Shown here: positions 19,570 through 29,460 of the stretch, in pieces
Layout of the letters: the number at the start of each line of letters is the position of its first letter
How positions within the stretch are numbered: the first letter of the stretch is position 1
Origin: Vulcanimicrobiota bacterium
GTDB taxonomy: Bacteria; Vulcanimicrobiota; Vulcanimicrobiia; Vulcanimicrobiales; Vulcanimicrobiaceae
Length of the DNA: 64,000 nucleotides
Direction: 5' to 3'
NCBI GenBank assembly: GCA_963795405.1
Contig: CAWCHS010000004.1
Location: 279,674-343,673 of the forward strand
Notes under the pieces: model-generated
Seen by the model: the letters and a program-made list of their open reading frames with translations, nothing else
What the model was told of the DNA's origin: nothing
Database searches by the model: none
Translations under genes and position numbers: made by a program

Positions 19570-21027
19570 TCAGCGTCGCGCGCCGCCGATGAGCTCGTAG
19601 CGTTCCGGGCGCACGCGCCGCGTCCGCGCCCGGAACGCGAAGGTGAACCCGGGCCAGAGCGTCGTGACCTTCCCGCTGCGGTCGCGGTACCAGCTGCTGC
19701 ATCCGCTCGTCCACACGGTGCGCGCCAGGCGCGCCTGCAGCTTCGCGTTGTAGCGTGCTTGGACGTCGGCGCGCACGTCGAGCGCGCGAGCGCGCCGCGC
19801 GCGCAGCAGATCGAGCGCGCTGAGGACGTAGCGGTACTGCGCCTCCATCATCAGCACCATCGAGTTGTGGCCGAGCCCCGTATTCGGTCCGATCAGCAGA
19901 AAGAGGTTCGGGAAGCCGGCGACGCTCGTGCCCAGGTACGCTTCCATCCCGTCGCGCCACGCCTCGGCCAGGGTGACGCCGCCGCGGCCGGCGATCCGCA
20001 CCGACGGCGGGTCCGTCGCACGAAAGCCCGTCGCGAGAACGATCGCGTCGGCGTGGTGCTCGGCGCCGTCCGCGGTGACGATTCCCTGCTCGCGAACCGC
20101 CCGGATCCCTTGGGTCACCACCTCGACGTTCTCGCGCTCGAGCGCCGGGTAGTAGTCGTCCGACAAGAGGATGCGCTTGCAGCCCATGCGGTAGCTCGGC
20201 ACGAGCCGTTCGCGTAGCGCCGGCGCGGCGACGCCGCGCGCCAGATGACGGCGCGCCAGCACCTCCATCGCGCGTAAGACCCGCGGCTCCGCGGTGAAGC
20301 CGTACGCGCGCAGCTCGAGCTGCCAGTAGATCAGCTTGCGCTCCAGCCACGCGAACCCCGGCAGCCGGCGCCGCAGCAGCCGGCGCAGTGGCGACACCGG
20401 CGCGTCGCCGCGCGGCATCACCCAGGCCGGCGTGCGCTGAAACAGCGTCACGCGCCGCGCAAGCGGGGCGATCGCCGGAACGATCTGGATCGCGCTCGCG
20501 CCGGTCCCGATCACCGCGACGTCCTTCCCGCCGACGTCGAGCGCGGGATCCCACGCCGACGAATGGATCACGGCACCGGCGAACGACGCCAGCCCCGGCA
20601 GCTCCGGAACGTTCGGACGATTCAGGAATCCGGTCGCCCACACCAATGCGCGCGCCTCGATCGTCGCGCCGTCGGAGGTGCGGATCCGCCATGCGCCGGC
20701 GTCCTCGTCGTATGCGGCATCCACGAGCTCGGTGCCGAATCGAAGATGCGCACCGAGGCTGTGGCGTTCGACGCAGCGGCGCAGGTACTGCCAAATCTCG
20801 TCGCGTGCGGGATACGTGCGCGTCCACTCGGCGTTCGGCGCGAACGAGAACGAGTAGAGCATCGAGGGGATGTCGCAGGCGCAGCCGGGATAGGCGTTGT
20901 CGCGCCAGGTGCCGCCGACCTCGCTCGCGCGCTCGAGCACCACGAAGCTCGCGATCCCGCGCCGTTTGAGCCGGATCGCCATCCCGATCCCCGCGAAACC
21001 GGCCCCAACGATGACGACGTCGAGCAC
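19570..21027 (-). CDS. Baeyer-Villiger-type flavin monooxygenase
   Basis: GAGFAG, GGTWRDNAYPG, BVMO fingerprint FAGAVIHSSAWD, GTGASA. Confidence 0.9.
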   Translation of the reverse strand: MLDVVIVGAGFAGIGMAIRLKRRGIASFVVLERASEVGGTWRDNAYPGCACDIPSMLYSFSFAPNAEWTRTYPARDEIWQYLRRCVERHSLGAHLRFGTELVDAAYDEDAGAWRIRTSDGATIEARALVWATGFLNRPNVPELPGLASFAGAVIHSSAWDPALDVGGKDVAVIGTGASAIQIVPAIAPLARRVTLFQRTPAWVMPRGDAPVSPLRRLLRRRLPGFAWLERKLIYWQLELRAYGFTAEPRVLRAMEVLARRHLARGVAAPALRERLVPSYRMGCKRILLSDDYYPALERENVEVVTQGIRAVREQGIVTADGAEHHADAIVLATGFRATDPPSVRIAGRGGVTLAEAWRDGMEAYLGTSVAGFPNLFLLIGPNTGLGHNSMVLMMEAQYRYVLSALDLLRARRARALDVRADVQARYNAKLQARLARTVWTSGCSSWYRDRSGKVTTLWPGFTFAFRARTRRVRPERYELIGGARR

Positions 21028-21030
21028 CGA

Positions 21031-22698
21031 TTACCCCAGGGTCAGCGGCCGGTAGCGGATGCGGTGCGGTCGCGCGGCCTCTTCGCCGAGGCGCGCGATC
21101 TTTTCGGCTTCGTACTCGTGGAAGTTGCCCTCGAAGAACGTCACGCGCGAGTCACCCTCGAAGGCCAGGATGTGCGTCGCGATACGGTCGAGGAACCAGC
21201 GGTCGTGGCTGATCACCATGATCGTGCCCGCGAACTCGTCGAGCGCGTCTTCGAGCGCGCGCAGCGTCTCGACATCGAGGTCGTTCGAAGGCTCGTCGAG
21301 GAGCAGCACGTTGCCGCCGGTGAGCAGCGTCTTCGCGAGGTGCAGACGCGCGCGCTCGCCGCCCGACATCGTGCCGACGCGCTTCTGCTGATCGCCGCCC
21401 TTGAAGTTGAAGCGGCCCAGGTACGCCCGCGTGGGCATCTCGAAGCGGCCGACCGTCACCAGATCGCGCCCGTCGGCGAGGTCTTCGAAGACGGTCTTCT
21501 CGTCGCGCAGCTCCTCGCGGCTCTGGTCGACGGTCGCGAGCTTGACCGTCGGACCGACCGAGATCGTCCCGGCGTCGGGCTGCTCCTTGCCGGCGATCAT
21601 CCGAAAGAGCGTCGTCTTCCCCGCGCCGTTCGGCCCGATGATCCCGACGATCGCGCCGGGCGGCGCCGTGAACGAGACGTCGTCCATCAGCAGCCGGTCG
21701 CCGTACGCCTTGCGCACGCCCTCGAAACGGATCACCTGATCGCCGAGCCGGTCGGCGACCGGGACGAAGATCTCGCGCGTCTCGTTGCGCTTCTGGTACT
21801 CGTAGCTGCTGAGCTCCTCGAAGCGCGCGAGCCGGCTCTTGCTCTTCGTGCGGCGGCCTTTCGTCCCCGCGCGCACCCACGCCAGCTCGCGCTCGAGCGC
21901 CTTGCGGCGCGCCGACTCCTGCGCTTCTTCTTGCGCGAGGCGCGCCTCTTTCTGCTCGAGCCAGGAGCTGTAGTTGCCCTTCCACGGGATGCCGCGGCCG
22001 CGGTCGAGCTCGAGGATCCATTCCGCGGCATTGTCGAGGAAGTAGCGGTCGTGCGTCACCGCCACGACGGTGCCGGGAAAGCGCTGTAGGAACTGCTCGA
22101 GCCATTCGACGCTCTCGGCGTCGAGGTGGTTCGTCGGCTCGTCCAGCAGCAGCATGTCGGGCTTCGAGAGCAGCAGCCGGCACAGCGCGACGCGCCGCTT
22201 CTCACCGCCCGAGAGCGGCCCGATGCGCGCGTCCCACGGCGGGAGACGCAGGGCGTCGGCGGCGATCTCGAGCTGCTGCTCGACGTCTTCGCCGCCTTGC
22301 GAGAAGAGCTGCGCTTCGAGCCGCGCCTGCTCTTCGGCGAGCTTCTCGAAGTCGGCGTCCGGCTCGCCGTACGCGGCGTACACCTCCTCGAGCCGCTTGC
22401 GCGCGGCGAAGACGCCGGTCAGCCCCTCCTCGACCGTCTCGCGCACCGTCTTGTCGGGGTCGAGGACGGGCTCTTGCGGCAGCCAACCGGTCGTGATGTT
22501 CGGCATCGGCTTCGCCTCGCCGTCGAAGTCCTGATCGACGCCGGCCATGATGCGCAGAACGGTGGACTTCCCGGCCCCGTTGAGGCCCAGGATGCCGATC
22601 TTCGCTCCGGGGAAGAAGCTGAGCGAGATGTCCTTGAGGATCTGACGCTTCGGGGGCACGGTCTTGCCGACCCGGAACATCGTGTAGACGTATTGCAC
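21031..22698 (-). CDS. ettA: Energy-dependent translational throttle ABC-F ATPase
   Basis: QYVYTM start, GLNGAGKST, LSGGE, GIPWKGNYSSWLEQK; 555 aa. Confidence 0.93.
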   Translation of the reverse strand: MQYVYTMFRVGKTVPPKRQILKDISLSFFPGAKIGILGLNGAGKSTVLRIMAGVDQDFDGEAKPMPNITTGWLPQEPVLDPDKTVRETVEEGLTGVFAARKRLEEVYAAYGEPDADFEKLAEEQARLEAQLFSQGGEDVEQQLEIAADALRLPPWDARIGPLSGGEKRRVALCRLLLSKPDMLLLDEPTNHLDAESVEWLEQFLQRFPGTVVAVTHDRYFLDNAAEWILELDRGRGIPWKGNYSSWLEQKEARLAQEEAQESARRKALERELAWVRAGTKGRRTKSKSRLARFEELSSYEYQKRNETREIFVPVADRLGDQVIRFEGVRKAYGDRLLMDDVSFTAPPGAIVGIIGPNGAGKTTLFRMIAGKEQPDAGTISVGPTVKLATVDQSREELRDEKTVFEDLADGRDLVTVGRFEMPTRAYLGRFNFKGGDQQKRVGTMSGGERARLHLAKTLLTGGNVLLLDEPSNDLDVETLRALEDALDEFAGTIMVISHDRWFLDRIATHILAFEGDSRVTFFEGNFHEYEAEKIARLGEEAARPHRIRYRPLTLG

Positions 22699-22784
22699 GA
22701 ACGACCTTTGGCGAACGGTGGCGGGACCGGGGACCATTCGCGCTCGCAGGCCGGGCGCGCCTGCGCGCGCGAAGAGCCGGCGGG

Positions 22785-24293
22785 ATGGAGCAGGCCGAAC
22801 CGACCGTCGAGCACGGTATGCGGCTGGTCGTCATCGTGGCGGGGGTGTCGATCGCCGCGGTGATGCAGTTTCTCGACTCGACGATCGTCAACGTCGCGCT
22901 GCCGACGATCGGCGGAAACCTCGGCGCGTCGTTCGACGAGATCGGCTGGGTCGTCACCGCCTACTCGCTGGCGGCGATCGGCGTGATCCCGCTGACCGGC
23001 TGGCTCGCGCTGCGCTTCGGCCGCAAGCGCTACTTCATCTTCTCGATCGTCGGTTTCACGTTCGCGAGCCTGCTGTGCGGGCTCTCGACTTCCTTCGGCG
23101 CGCTGCTCCTCTCGCGCGTGATCCAAGGGCTGTTCGGCGGCGGGCTCGTCGCGACGTCGCAGTCGATCCTCGTCTCGCTGTTTCCGCGCGAGCGCCAGGC
23201 GGTGGCGACCGGCATCTTCGCGCTGATCGCGGTGCTCGGACCCGGCCTCGGCCCCACGGTCGGCGGCGCGCTGACCGACGAGTTCAGCTGGCCGGTGATC
23301 TTCTTCATCAACCTGCCGCTAGGGATCTTCTGCGTCGTCGCGCTGCTCACGACGCTCAAGGAGTCGCCGACGCAGCGCCGGCCGGTCGACGTGCTCGGGA
23401 TCTTCTTGCTGGTGAGCGGACTCGCTGCGCTGCAGTATTTTCTCGAGCGCGGGGAGATCAAGCAGTGGTTCGACGACGGCGGGATCGTGGCGTGCGCCGC
23501 ATGGGCGGCGGTCGCGCTGCCGTGGTTCGTCGTCCATGCGCTGCGCACGGCGCACCCTGTCCTCGAGCTGCGCACGCTGCGCCACCGCAACCTCACGCTC
23601 GCCTCGATCGGCACCTTCGCGCTCGGCGCGAACCTATTCGGCTCGCTGCTCGTCCTCCCGCTGTACTTGCAGAACTCGCTCGGTTTCACGGCTCTGCTCG
23701 CCGGGACCGTGCTGTTTCTGCGCACGGTGCCGACCGCGCTGCTCACCCCGCTCGGGACGTTCCTGCTGCAGCGCGGGATCGTCTCGGCGCGGGCCGCGGC
23801 GACCTTCGGACTCGCCACGCTGGCGGCCGGCACGTACATGCTCTCGCGCGGCGTGACGCCGGTCAGCGACGCGCAGGTGTTCGTCCCCGGGATGCTCGTC
23901 GTCGGCGTCGCCTTTGCCTTCCTCTGGACGCCGCTGGGGTTCATCGCGCTTCGCTCGCTGCCGGGGCCGGAGATCGGCTACGGCGCGGCGATCTGGAACC
24001 TGAGCGCCCAGATCGGCGGGAGCGTCAGCATCGCGACCATCACGACCTTGCAAGATCGACGGCAAGCGTTCTGGTGGGACGCGCTCGCCTCGCGGATTCA
24101 CCTCGCGAACCACGCGGTCGCCGCGCTGCCTTCGCGCGATCTCGTACACGTCGTGATCCCGCGGCTGACCGCGCTGGTCGGCGCCCAGGCCGCGGTGCTC
24201 ACCTACCGCGATCTGCTGCTGCTGCTGGCGGTGGTGCCGCTCGCGGCGATTCCGTTCGTCCTCTTCACGAAAGGCCGGCGCAGCCCCGCATGA
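22785..24293 (+). CDS. DHA2 family MFS efflux permease (EmrB/QacA)
   Basis: LDSTIVNVALP, WVVTAY, RVIQG, GPTVGG; about 14 TM segments. Confidence 0.9.
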   Translation: MEQAEPTVEHGMRLVVIVAGVSIAAVMQFLDSTIVNVALPTIGGNLGASFDEIGWVVTAYSLAAIGVIPLTGWLALRFGRKRYFIFSIVGFTFASLLCGLSTSFGALLLSRVIQGLFGGGLVATSQSILVSLFPRERQAVATGIFALIAVLGPGLGPTVGGALTDEFSWPVIFFINLPLGIFCVVALLTTLKESPTQRRPVDVLGIFLLVSGLAALQYFLERGEIKQWFDDGGIVACAAWAAVALPWFVVHALRTAHPVLELRTLRHRNLTLASIGTFALGANLFGSLLVLPLYLQNSLGFTALLAGTVLFLRTVPTALLTPLGTFLLQRGIVSARAAATFGLATLAAGTYMLSRGVTPVSDAQVFVPGMLVVGVAFAFLWTPLGFIALRSLPGPEIGYGAAIWNLSAQIGGSVSIATITTLQDRRQAFWWDALASRIHLANHAVAALPSRDLVHVVIPRLTALVGAQAAVLTYRDLLLLLAVVPLAAIPFVLFTKGRRSPA

Positions 24294-25084
24294 CGCAGCA
24301 CGCCACATCCGACGAGGCTCTCGCCGGAACCATCGATCTGCGCGGACGTGTCGCGCTCGTCACCGGCGGGAACCGCGGGATCGGTGCGGCGATCGTCCGC
24401 GCGCTGCACCGCGCCGGCGCGGCGGTGTTCTTCACCTACCGCGAGCGAAGCGCCGAGGCGAACGCGCTGCGCGACGAGCTCGGCGAGCGCGTCGAGCCGT
24501 ACCGGCTCGACCTCGCCGACGCCGACGCCGAGGCGCTCCCGGCCTGCGTCGACGCATGCCTCGGACGCTTCGGCACGCTCGACGTGCTGGTGAACAACGC
24601 CGCGGTCTTCGCCGAGAATCCCTTCGACGCCGCCGACTACGCGGCGTGGCGTGCGGGCTGGCGCCGAACGCTCGAGATCAACCTCTTCGCGGCCGCGAAC
24701 CTGATCTGGCTGGCGATGCGCGCGATGCGCGCGGGCGGGGAGGGCGCGATCGTCAACGTCGCCTCCCGCGCGGGGCACCGCGGCGAGCTGAGCTTCGCCG
24801 ACTACGGCGCCTCGAAAGCGGCGCTGATCAACGTGACGAAGTCGATCGCGCGCAGCTGCGCGCCCCAGATCGTCGCGTACGCGGTCGCGCCGGGGTTCGT
24901 CGACACCGAGATGGCGGCGCCCGATCTGGCCGAGCGCGGCGCCGAGATCGCCGCAGAGATTCCGGTCGGGCGCGTCGCCACGGCCGACGAAGTCGCGCAC
25001 GTCGTCGCCTTTCTCTGCACGCCGCTCGCGCGACACCTCAACGGTGCGACGCTCGACGTCAACGGCGGGTCGTACGTGCGCTGA
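24290..25084 (+). CDS. Short-chain dehydrogenase/reductase
   Basis: TGGNRGIG, VNNA, YGASK, PGFVDTEM; ATGA overlap. Confidence 0.9.
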   Translation: MTQHATSDEALAGTIDLRGRVALVTGGNRGIGAAIVRALHRAGAAVFFTYRERSAEANALRDELGERVEPYRLDLADADAEALPACVDACLGRFGTLDVLVNNAAVFAENPFDAADYAAWRAGWRRTLEINLFAAANLIWLAMRAMRAGGEGAIVNVASRAGHRGELSFADYGASKAALINVTKSIARSCAPQIVAYAVAPGFVDTEMAAPDLAERGAEIAAEIPVGRVATADEVAHVVAFLCTPLARHLNGATLDVNGGSYVR

Positions 25085-25942
25085 TCAGGTGAAGCGGCGC
25101 CGCTTCGCGCGGCGCCAGGCCCGGCGCCAGCGCGCACGGCAACGCAGCGCATCCGCGTGCTCGAGCGCGGCGAGCTGCCCTGCGACGAACGCGAGCCGCG
25201 GGTCCCATGTCGCCCGGCGCAAGCGCGCCGCCGCGACGACGCCGTCGTGCTGCTCGCCCAAAAGATCGCCCAGCCGCGCGACGCGCCGCGCGAGGACGCG
25301 AGCCGGGGCGCCCATCCACGGTTCGAGCGCCTCGGCGGCGTAGCGCACGCGCTTCGCCTTGATTCGCACGCGGTGCAGGTCCGCATCGCTGGGCGGGTCG
25401 GCGCACGCGCGCACGGCCTTGCGCACCGTCTTCCACGCATCGCGCATCACCTCGGCGGCGGCGCTCGCCGCATCCTCCGCGCCGCGCCGGCCCGGCGGCG
25501 GCGAGGCGGCGGCGGTGCGCACCGCCCCGACCAGCGCCGCGTGCCGCTCGCCGGCGAGCATCGCGCGCACCCGCACGTACGCGGCATCGCGCTCGGCGCG
25601 CAGCGGCGCGAGCGCGTCGGAGACGCGTTCGCGGTCGGCGGCCGGGATGTCGCCGGCATGGGCGTTCAGCCGCGCGAGCAGCACGTCGGCGTCGCGGGCA
25701 GCGCCGAGCGTGTCCCCCGCGGCCTGCAGCTCCTCGCGCAGCGCGTCGGTCCACGGCGCGTCGAGGAAGGCGCGAAACGAGCGCAGATCCGAGCGCAGCC
25801 GGCGGACGGCGACGCGCGCGTCGTGGACGGCTGCTTCGTCGATCTCGCCGGCGGCGTCGTGCTCGCACAGGTGCGCCTCACACCGCAGGAACCGCTGGGC
25901 CGAGCGCGCCAGCGCGGCGCGAACCAGCTCGCCGCTTTCCAT
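25085..25942 (-). CDS. CHAD domain protein (polyphosphate-binding)
   Basis: VHDARVAVRRLRS, LHRVRIKAKRVRY, LLGEQHD. Confidence 0.88.
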   Translation of the reverse strand: MESGELVRAALARSAQRFLRCEAHLCEHDAAGEIDEAAVHDARVAVRRLRSDLRSFRAFLDAPWTDALREELQAAGDTLGAARDADVLLARLNAHAGDIPAADRERVSDALAPLRAERDAAYVRVRAMLAGERHAALVGAVRTAAASPPPGRRGAEDAASAAAEVMRDAWKTVRKAVRACADPPSDADLHRVRIKAKRVRYAAEALEPWMGAPARVLARRVARLGDLLGEQHDGVVAAARLRRATWDPRLAFVAGQLAALEHADALRCRARWRRAWRRAKRRRFT

Positions 25943-26078
25943 CGCAGAGCCGCTTCCCGCGAGGCTTCGGCCGTTCCCGGCGGCCGGCGCCCCGCGGGAC
26001 CGGCGGCGCCAGGGCTTGTGAGGCCGCTCGCGTATGGCGGCCCTACACGACGCGCTCGCGAGGCCTGAGGAGGATGCG

Positions 26079-26996
26079 ATGTCCGATCTTTCCCGTGGGG
26101 AGTTCTTCGGCGTGACCGCGGCGAGCGGCGCGGTCGGGATCGTGCGGCCGCGCGGCTCCGCCGAGACGCTCGCACCGGCGAGCGGCGGCGGGACCCTGAA
26201 GATGCGCTGGTACGGCGGCGGCGTCTACGAGCTCGCAACCCCCGACGACAAAGCGATCGTGCTCGTCGACGCATGGATCTGGAACAACACCGGATTCAAA
26301 GCGTTCGGCATCGAGAAGCCGCCCGAGCTCGCGAGCGCCGCCGCGTACGTGGCGCACATGAAGGCGCGCAAGCCCGAGGCGCTGGTCATCGCGCTCACCC
26401 ACGATCACGGCGATCACATGGGCGATTACTTCGAGCTGATGCGTGCGCTGGTCGAGGCCGGCGTCGAGTTCCGCACCGTCGGTCAGAGCGACTTGTTCCG
26501 CGTCAACCTGATCAGCAAGTTCAAGGACGCGAAGCTCGACTATCCCACCCTCGTGCTCAACAACGGCGCGGCGATCAACATGGGCGGGGTCGCGACGTGG
26601 AAGGGGGTGCGGCTCGAATTGGTCCCCGCGATCCACTCGACCGCGGCGGGCTATCCCTCCGCCGGCTTCATCATCGACGTCGGGGGCGTGCGGATGTACG
26701 CCTCCGGCGACACGGACCTGTTCGGCGACATGGCGCTGATCGGCAACCGCTACAAGCCCGCGCTCGCCGTGCTCGCGAGCGGCAACGGCGCCTTCACGAT
26801 GGGACCGGAAGATGCGGCGAACGCGTGCCGCCTGGTCGGCGCGCAGCACGCCGTCCCGGTGCACTACGCGCACAACCCCCTCGTGCTGCAGACCGAATGC
26901 GGAGCCCGCTTCCGCGACGCCGCCGCCCGCCTCTCCCCCTCGACCACCGTCACCGTCATGCGCCCCGGCGAAACCGCCACGCTCCACCTCGCCTAA
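26079..26996 (+). CDS. MBL-fold metal-dependent hydrolase (UPF0173-like) with Tat-like leader
   Basis: THDHGDH, PAIHS, SGDTDLFGDM, PVHY; GAGGAGG SD. Confidence 0.85.
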   Translation: MSDLSRGEFFGVTAASGAVGIVRPRGSAETLAPASGGGTLKMRWYGGGVYELATPDDKAIVLVDAWIWNNTGFKAFGIEKPPELASAAAYVAHMKARKPEALVIALTHDHGDHMGDYFELMRALVEAGVEFRTVGQSDLFRVNLISKFKDAKLDYPTLVLNNGAAINMGGVATWKGVRLELVPAIHSTAAGYPSAGFIIDVGGVRMYASGDTDLFGDMALIGNRYKPALAVLASGNGAFTMGPEDAANACRLVGAQHAVPVHYAHNPLVLQTECGARFRDAAARLSPSTTVTVMRPGETATLHLA

Positions 26997-27049
26997 GCCG
27001 AAACCGAACCGCACGAAAACCGCAACCCGCCACCCCACCTGAGGCGAGG

Positions 27050-27134
27050 GGCGGACCGCAGCACCGCGAGGACCGCGATGGTTTCAGCGATCGTCGCCGC
27101 GGGATGGCGGACCGCACCCCAGCGAGGACCGCGA
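27050..27134 (+). repeat. Imperfect 29-bp direct repeat x2
   Basis: GGCGGACCGCA-N5-GCGAGGACCGCGA at 27050 and 27106. Confidence 0.8.
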
Positions 27135-27135
27135 A

Positions 27136-27198
27136 GGCGGCTTGCGGGCGCAGTCCGCAAACGCGATGGATTCGGCGCTCGTCCAGAGCGCCGAATCC
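27136..27198 (+). repeat. Divergent copy of the double-hairpin element; may also act as a bidirectional terminator
   Basis: TTGCGGGC-GCA-GTCCGCAA, then ACGCGA, then the 13-bp stem GGATTCGGCGCTC/GAGCGCCGAATCC, between convergent genes. Confidence 0.75.
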
Positions 27199-27199
27199 T

Positions 27200-28153
27200 C
27201 TAATCGAGCGTGCCGACGAGTCCGGCCTTGCTGGCCGACGTCGTGCTGTCGATCAGGTAGACGTCGAACAGGTAGCTGGTGAAAGTACCCACCGTGAACG
27301 GCAGCACGTTCGCGCCGTCGGCGCCCGGCGTCGCGATCTCGAACCCGACGCTGGCCTCCGAGGGGAGCGCGCTGGCGAAGATCGACGTCGGTGGAGTCGG
27401 CGTCGCGCCGGTGCTCACCTCGGTCCCGTCGCTGGCGTACACGCCGACGCCGGGCGACGTCGTCACGGCCGTGATCGTCCCATACGTCGCCGTCCCGCCG
27501 GCGAAGTTCGAGCCGGTCGCCGGCGCGGTGAAGCCCGCAAAGTTCACCGGCTTGGCATAGGTCGTCGACCCAGGCGGGAAGGTCCCGTACTGCACCGTTC
27601 CTTGCGCGGTCTTCGAGACGGACGCGAACAGCGGCGCCGCGTGGTGGAATCCGATCAGCGCCTGCCCCGTCGTGATCGACGGCGGGTCTTCGAGGAAGAC
27701 GTCGCACTGCAGCCCGGTGGGTGTGTTCGCCGGACTCGTCGCGCGGCCGGCGATGACGACCGTATAGCGATCGCTCTCGGCCAGCGCGGTCGTCGTGCAG
27801 CTCAGCGCCGTCGTCGAGGAACCGTGCTGCTTCACCGTCACGATGATGCCGACGTCGCCGATCGTCGAGCCGTACGCGGTCATCGACTGATAGGCGAGGC
27901 CGGTCGCATTCACCGGCGGACTCGGGCTGGCCGTCGGCGTCGCCTTGGGCGCCGGTGTGGGCGTCGAAGCCGGTTCGACGACGACGTCGATCGAGGCGAG
28001 GTCGGGCGAGCCGTTCAGCACGCGAACGTAGGACGCGGGCGTGACGTGGGTGACGGAGATCAGGCCCGCGTTCTGCGGACTGCAGGCGGCGAACACGACC
28101 GTCGTCGTCGCGACGGCGAGCCCGCCGAAGAGTCCGAGGAGCCGTAGGTGCAT
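27200..28153 (-). CDS. DUF4397-like lipoprotein
   Basis: Lipobox FAAC; VRVLNGSPDLASIDV; GFHHAAP. Confidence 0.7.
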   Translation of the reverse strand: MHLRLLGLFGGLAVATTTVVFAACSPQNAGLISVTHVTPASYVRVLNGSPDLASIDVVVEPASTPTPAPKATPTASPSPPVNATGLAYQSMTAYGSTIGDVGIIVTVKQHGSSTTALSCTTTALAESDRYTVVIAGRATSPANTPTGLQCDVFLEDPPSITTGQALIGFHHAAPLFASVSKTAQGTVQYGTFPPGSTTYAKPVNFAGFTAPATGSNFAGGTATYGTITAVTTSPGVGVYASDGTEVSTGATPTPPTSIFASALPSEASVGFEIATPGADGANVLPFTVGTFTSYLFDVYLIDSTTSASKAGLVGTLD

Positions 28154-28238
28154 GGAGCGGTCTTGTCCTTTACCGGAGGGGCACGAAACGTACCAAAGTG
28201 AGGCGCGCCTCGTGCTCCGTCCTGCCAGCGCGAGTGCG

Positions 28239-28457
28239 CTAGGAGAGCAGAGCCGCGTGCTCCGTCAGCAGGGCGTCGCGTCGGCGGCGCCACGAAACCG
28301 CACAATGTTCGGCGATCGCATCGTCGCCGGCGCGGAGCTCGGCGTCGGCGATCAGCGCGTCGATCGACGCGACCAGCCGGGCGATCGCGGTCGCCTCGAG
28401 GAGCGCGCGGACCTCATGCCCGCGGACGAATGCCGTCAGTTCCGTCATGGTCTCCAT
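28239..28457 (-). CDS. Small hypothetical helical protein (72 aa)
   Basis: Fills an intergenic gap; GAAGG before the ATG. Confidence 0.4.
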   Translation of the reverse strand: METMTELTAFVRGHEVRALLEATAIARLVASIDALIADAELRAGDDAIAEHCAVSWRRRRDALLTEHAALLS

Positions 28458-28591
28458 ACCTTCGGAGCTCCGGACCATCCTCGATCCGGTCGCCTCTGTA
28501 CCATCGGCGCGACCGCGCGTCCCGTTCACCGTCGAGAGGCCTAAGGACGATGGGAAATTGGTCCTAACGAGTCGCGTCCGGGCCCTCCGGC

Positions 28592-29458
28592 TCAGCGATA
28601 GGCGGCCTGCATCGCCGCGAACCCCGCTCGCTGAGCTTCGACATCCAACCGGGCGATCGGCTGCTGAGGGAGCCCGACACGCTCTTCGAAGGTCGGCCGC
28701 TCTACGCGGTAGAGGATGCCGAGGGCGATCGGGCCTTCGCGGGTGAGCGCCTCGAAGGCGGCGACCCGGTCGCGGGCGGCGTAGTCCGGGCGGCCGCCGA
28801 CGTCGTCGACGTGCTCCTTGAACCATGCGTAGGTGTTCACTTTGTTGTAGGTGACGCACGGCGACATCACTTCGACGATCGAGAAGCCGCGGTGCTCGAC
28901 CGCCGCTTTGATCATCGCGACGAGCTGCTTCGGCTGCGCCGAGAAGCCGCGCGCGACGAAGGTCGCGCCGGCCGCGAGCGCGAGCGCGAGCCCGTTGATC
29001 GGGTTGTCCGGATTTCCGTTGGGGCTCACCGATGCCACGTAGCCGCTGGCGCTGGTCGGCGACGACTGGCCTTTCGTGAGCCCGTACGTCTGGTTGTCCA
29101 TCACGATGTAGGTGATGTCGGGGTTGCGCCGCACCGCGTGGACGAAGTGCCCGGCGCCGATCGCGTAGCCGTCGCCGTCGCCGCCGGCCGCGATCACGGT
29201 GAGATCGCGATTCGCCAGCTTCACCGCCGTCGCGACGGGGAGCGCGCGCCCGTGCACGCCGTGGAACGCGTAACTGTGCAGGTAGCCGGAGATCTTCCCC
29301 GAGCAGCCGATCCCGCTGATGAACGCGACCTCGTGCGGTTGCTTGCCGAGCTCGGCCAGCGCCGACTTGAGCGCCGACAGGACGCCGTAGTCGCCGCAGC
29401 CGGGGCACCACCACGAGGGGGTCGCCGTGGCGAAGTCTTTCGCCGTGAGCATCGCCAT
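28592..29458 (-). CDS. korB: 2-oxoacid:ferredoxin oxidoreductase beta subunit
   Basis: WWCPGCGD, SGIGCS, HGVHGR, GGDGDG...MDN, YGLTKGQ, SPCVTYN. Confidence 0.93.
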   Translation of the reverse strand: MAMLTAKDFATATPSWWCPGCGDYGVLSALKSALAELGKQPHEVAFISGIGCSGKISGYLHSYAFHGVHGRALPVATAVKLANRDLTVIAAGGDGDGYAIGAGHFVHAVRRNPDITYIVMDNQTYGLTKGQSSPTSASGYVASVSPNGNPDNPINGLALALAAGATFVARGFSAQPKQLVAMIKAAVEHRGFSIVEVMSPCVTYNKVNTYAWFKEHVDDVGGRPDYAARDRVAAFEALTREGPIALGILYRVERPTFEERVGLPQQPIARLDVEAQRAGFAAMQAAYR

Positions 29459-29460
29459 GG

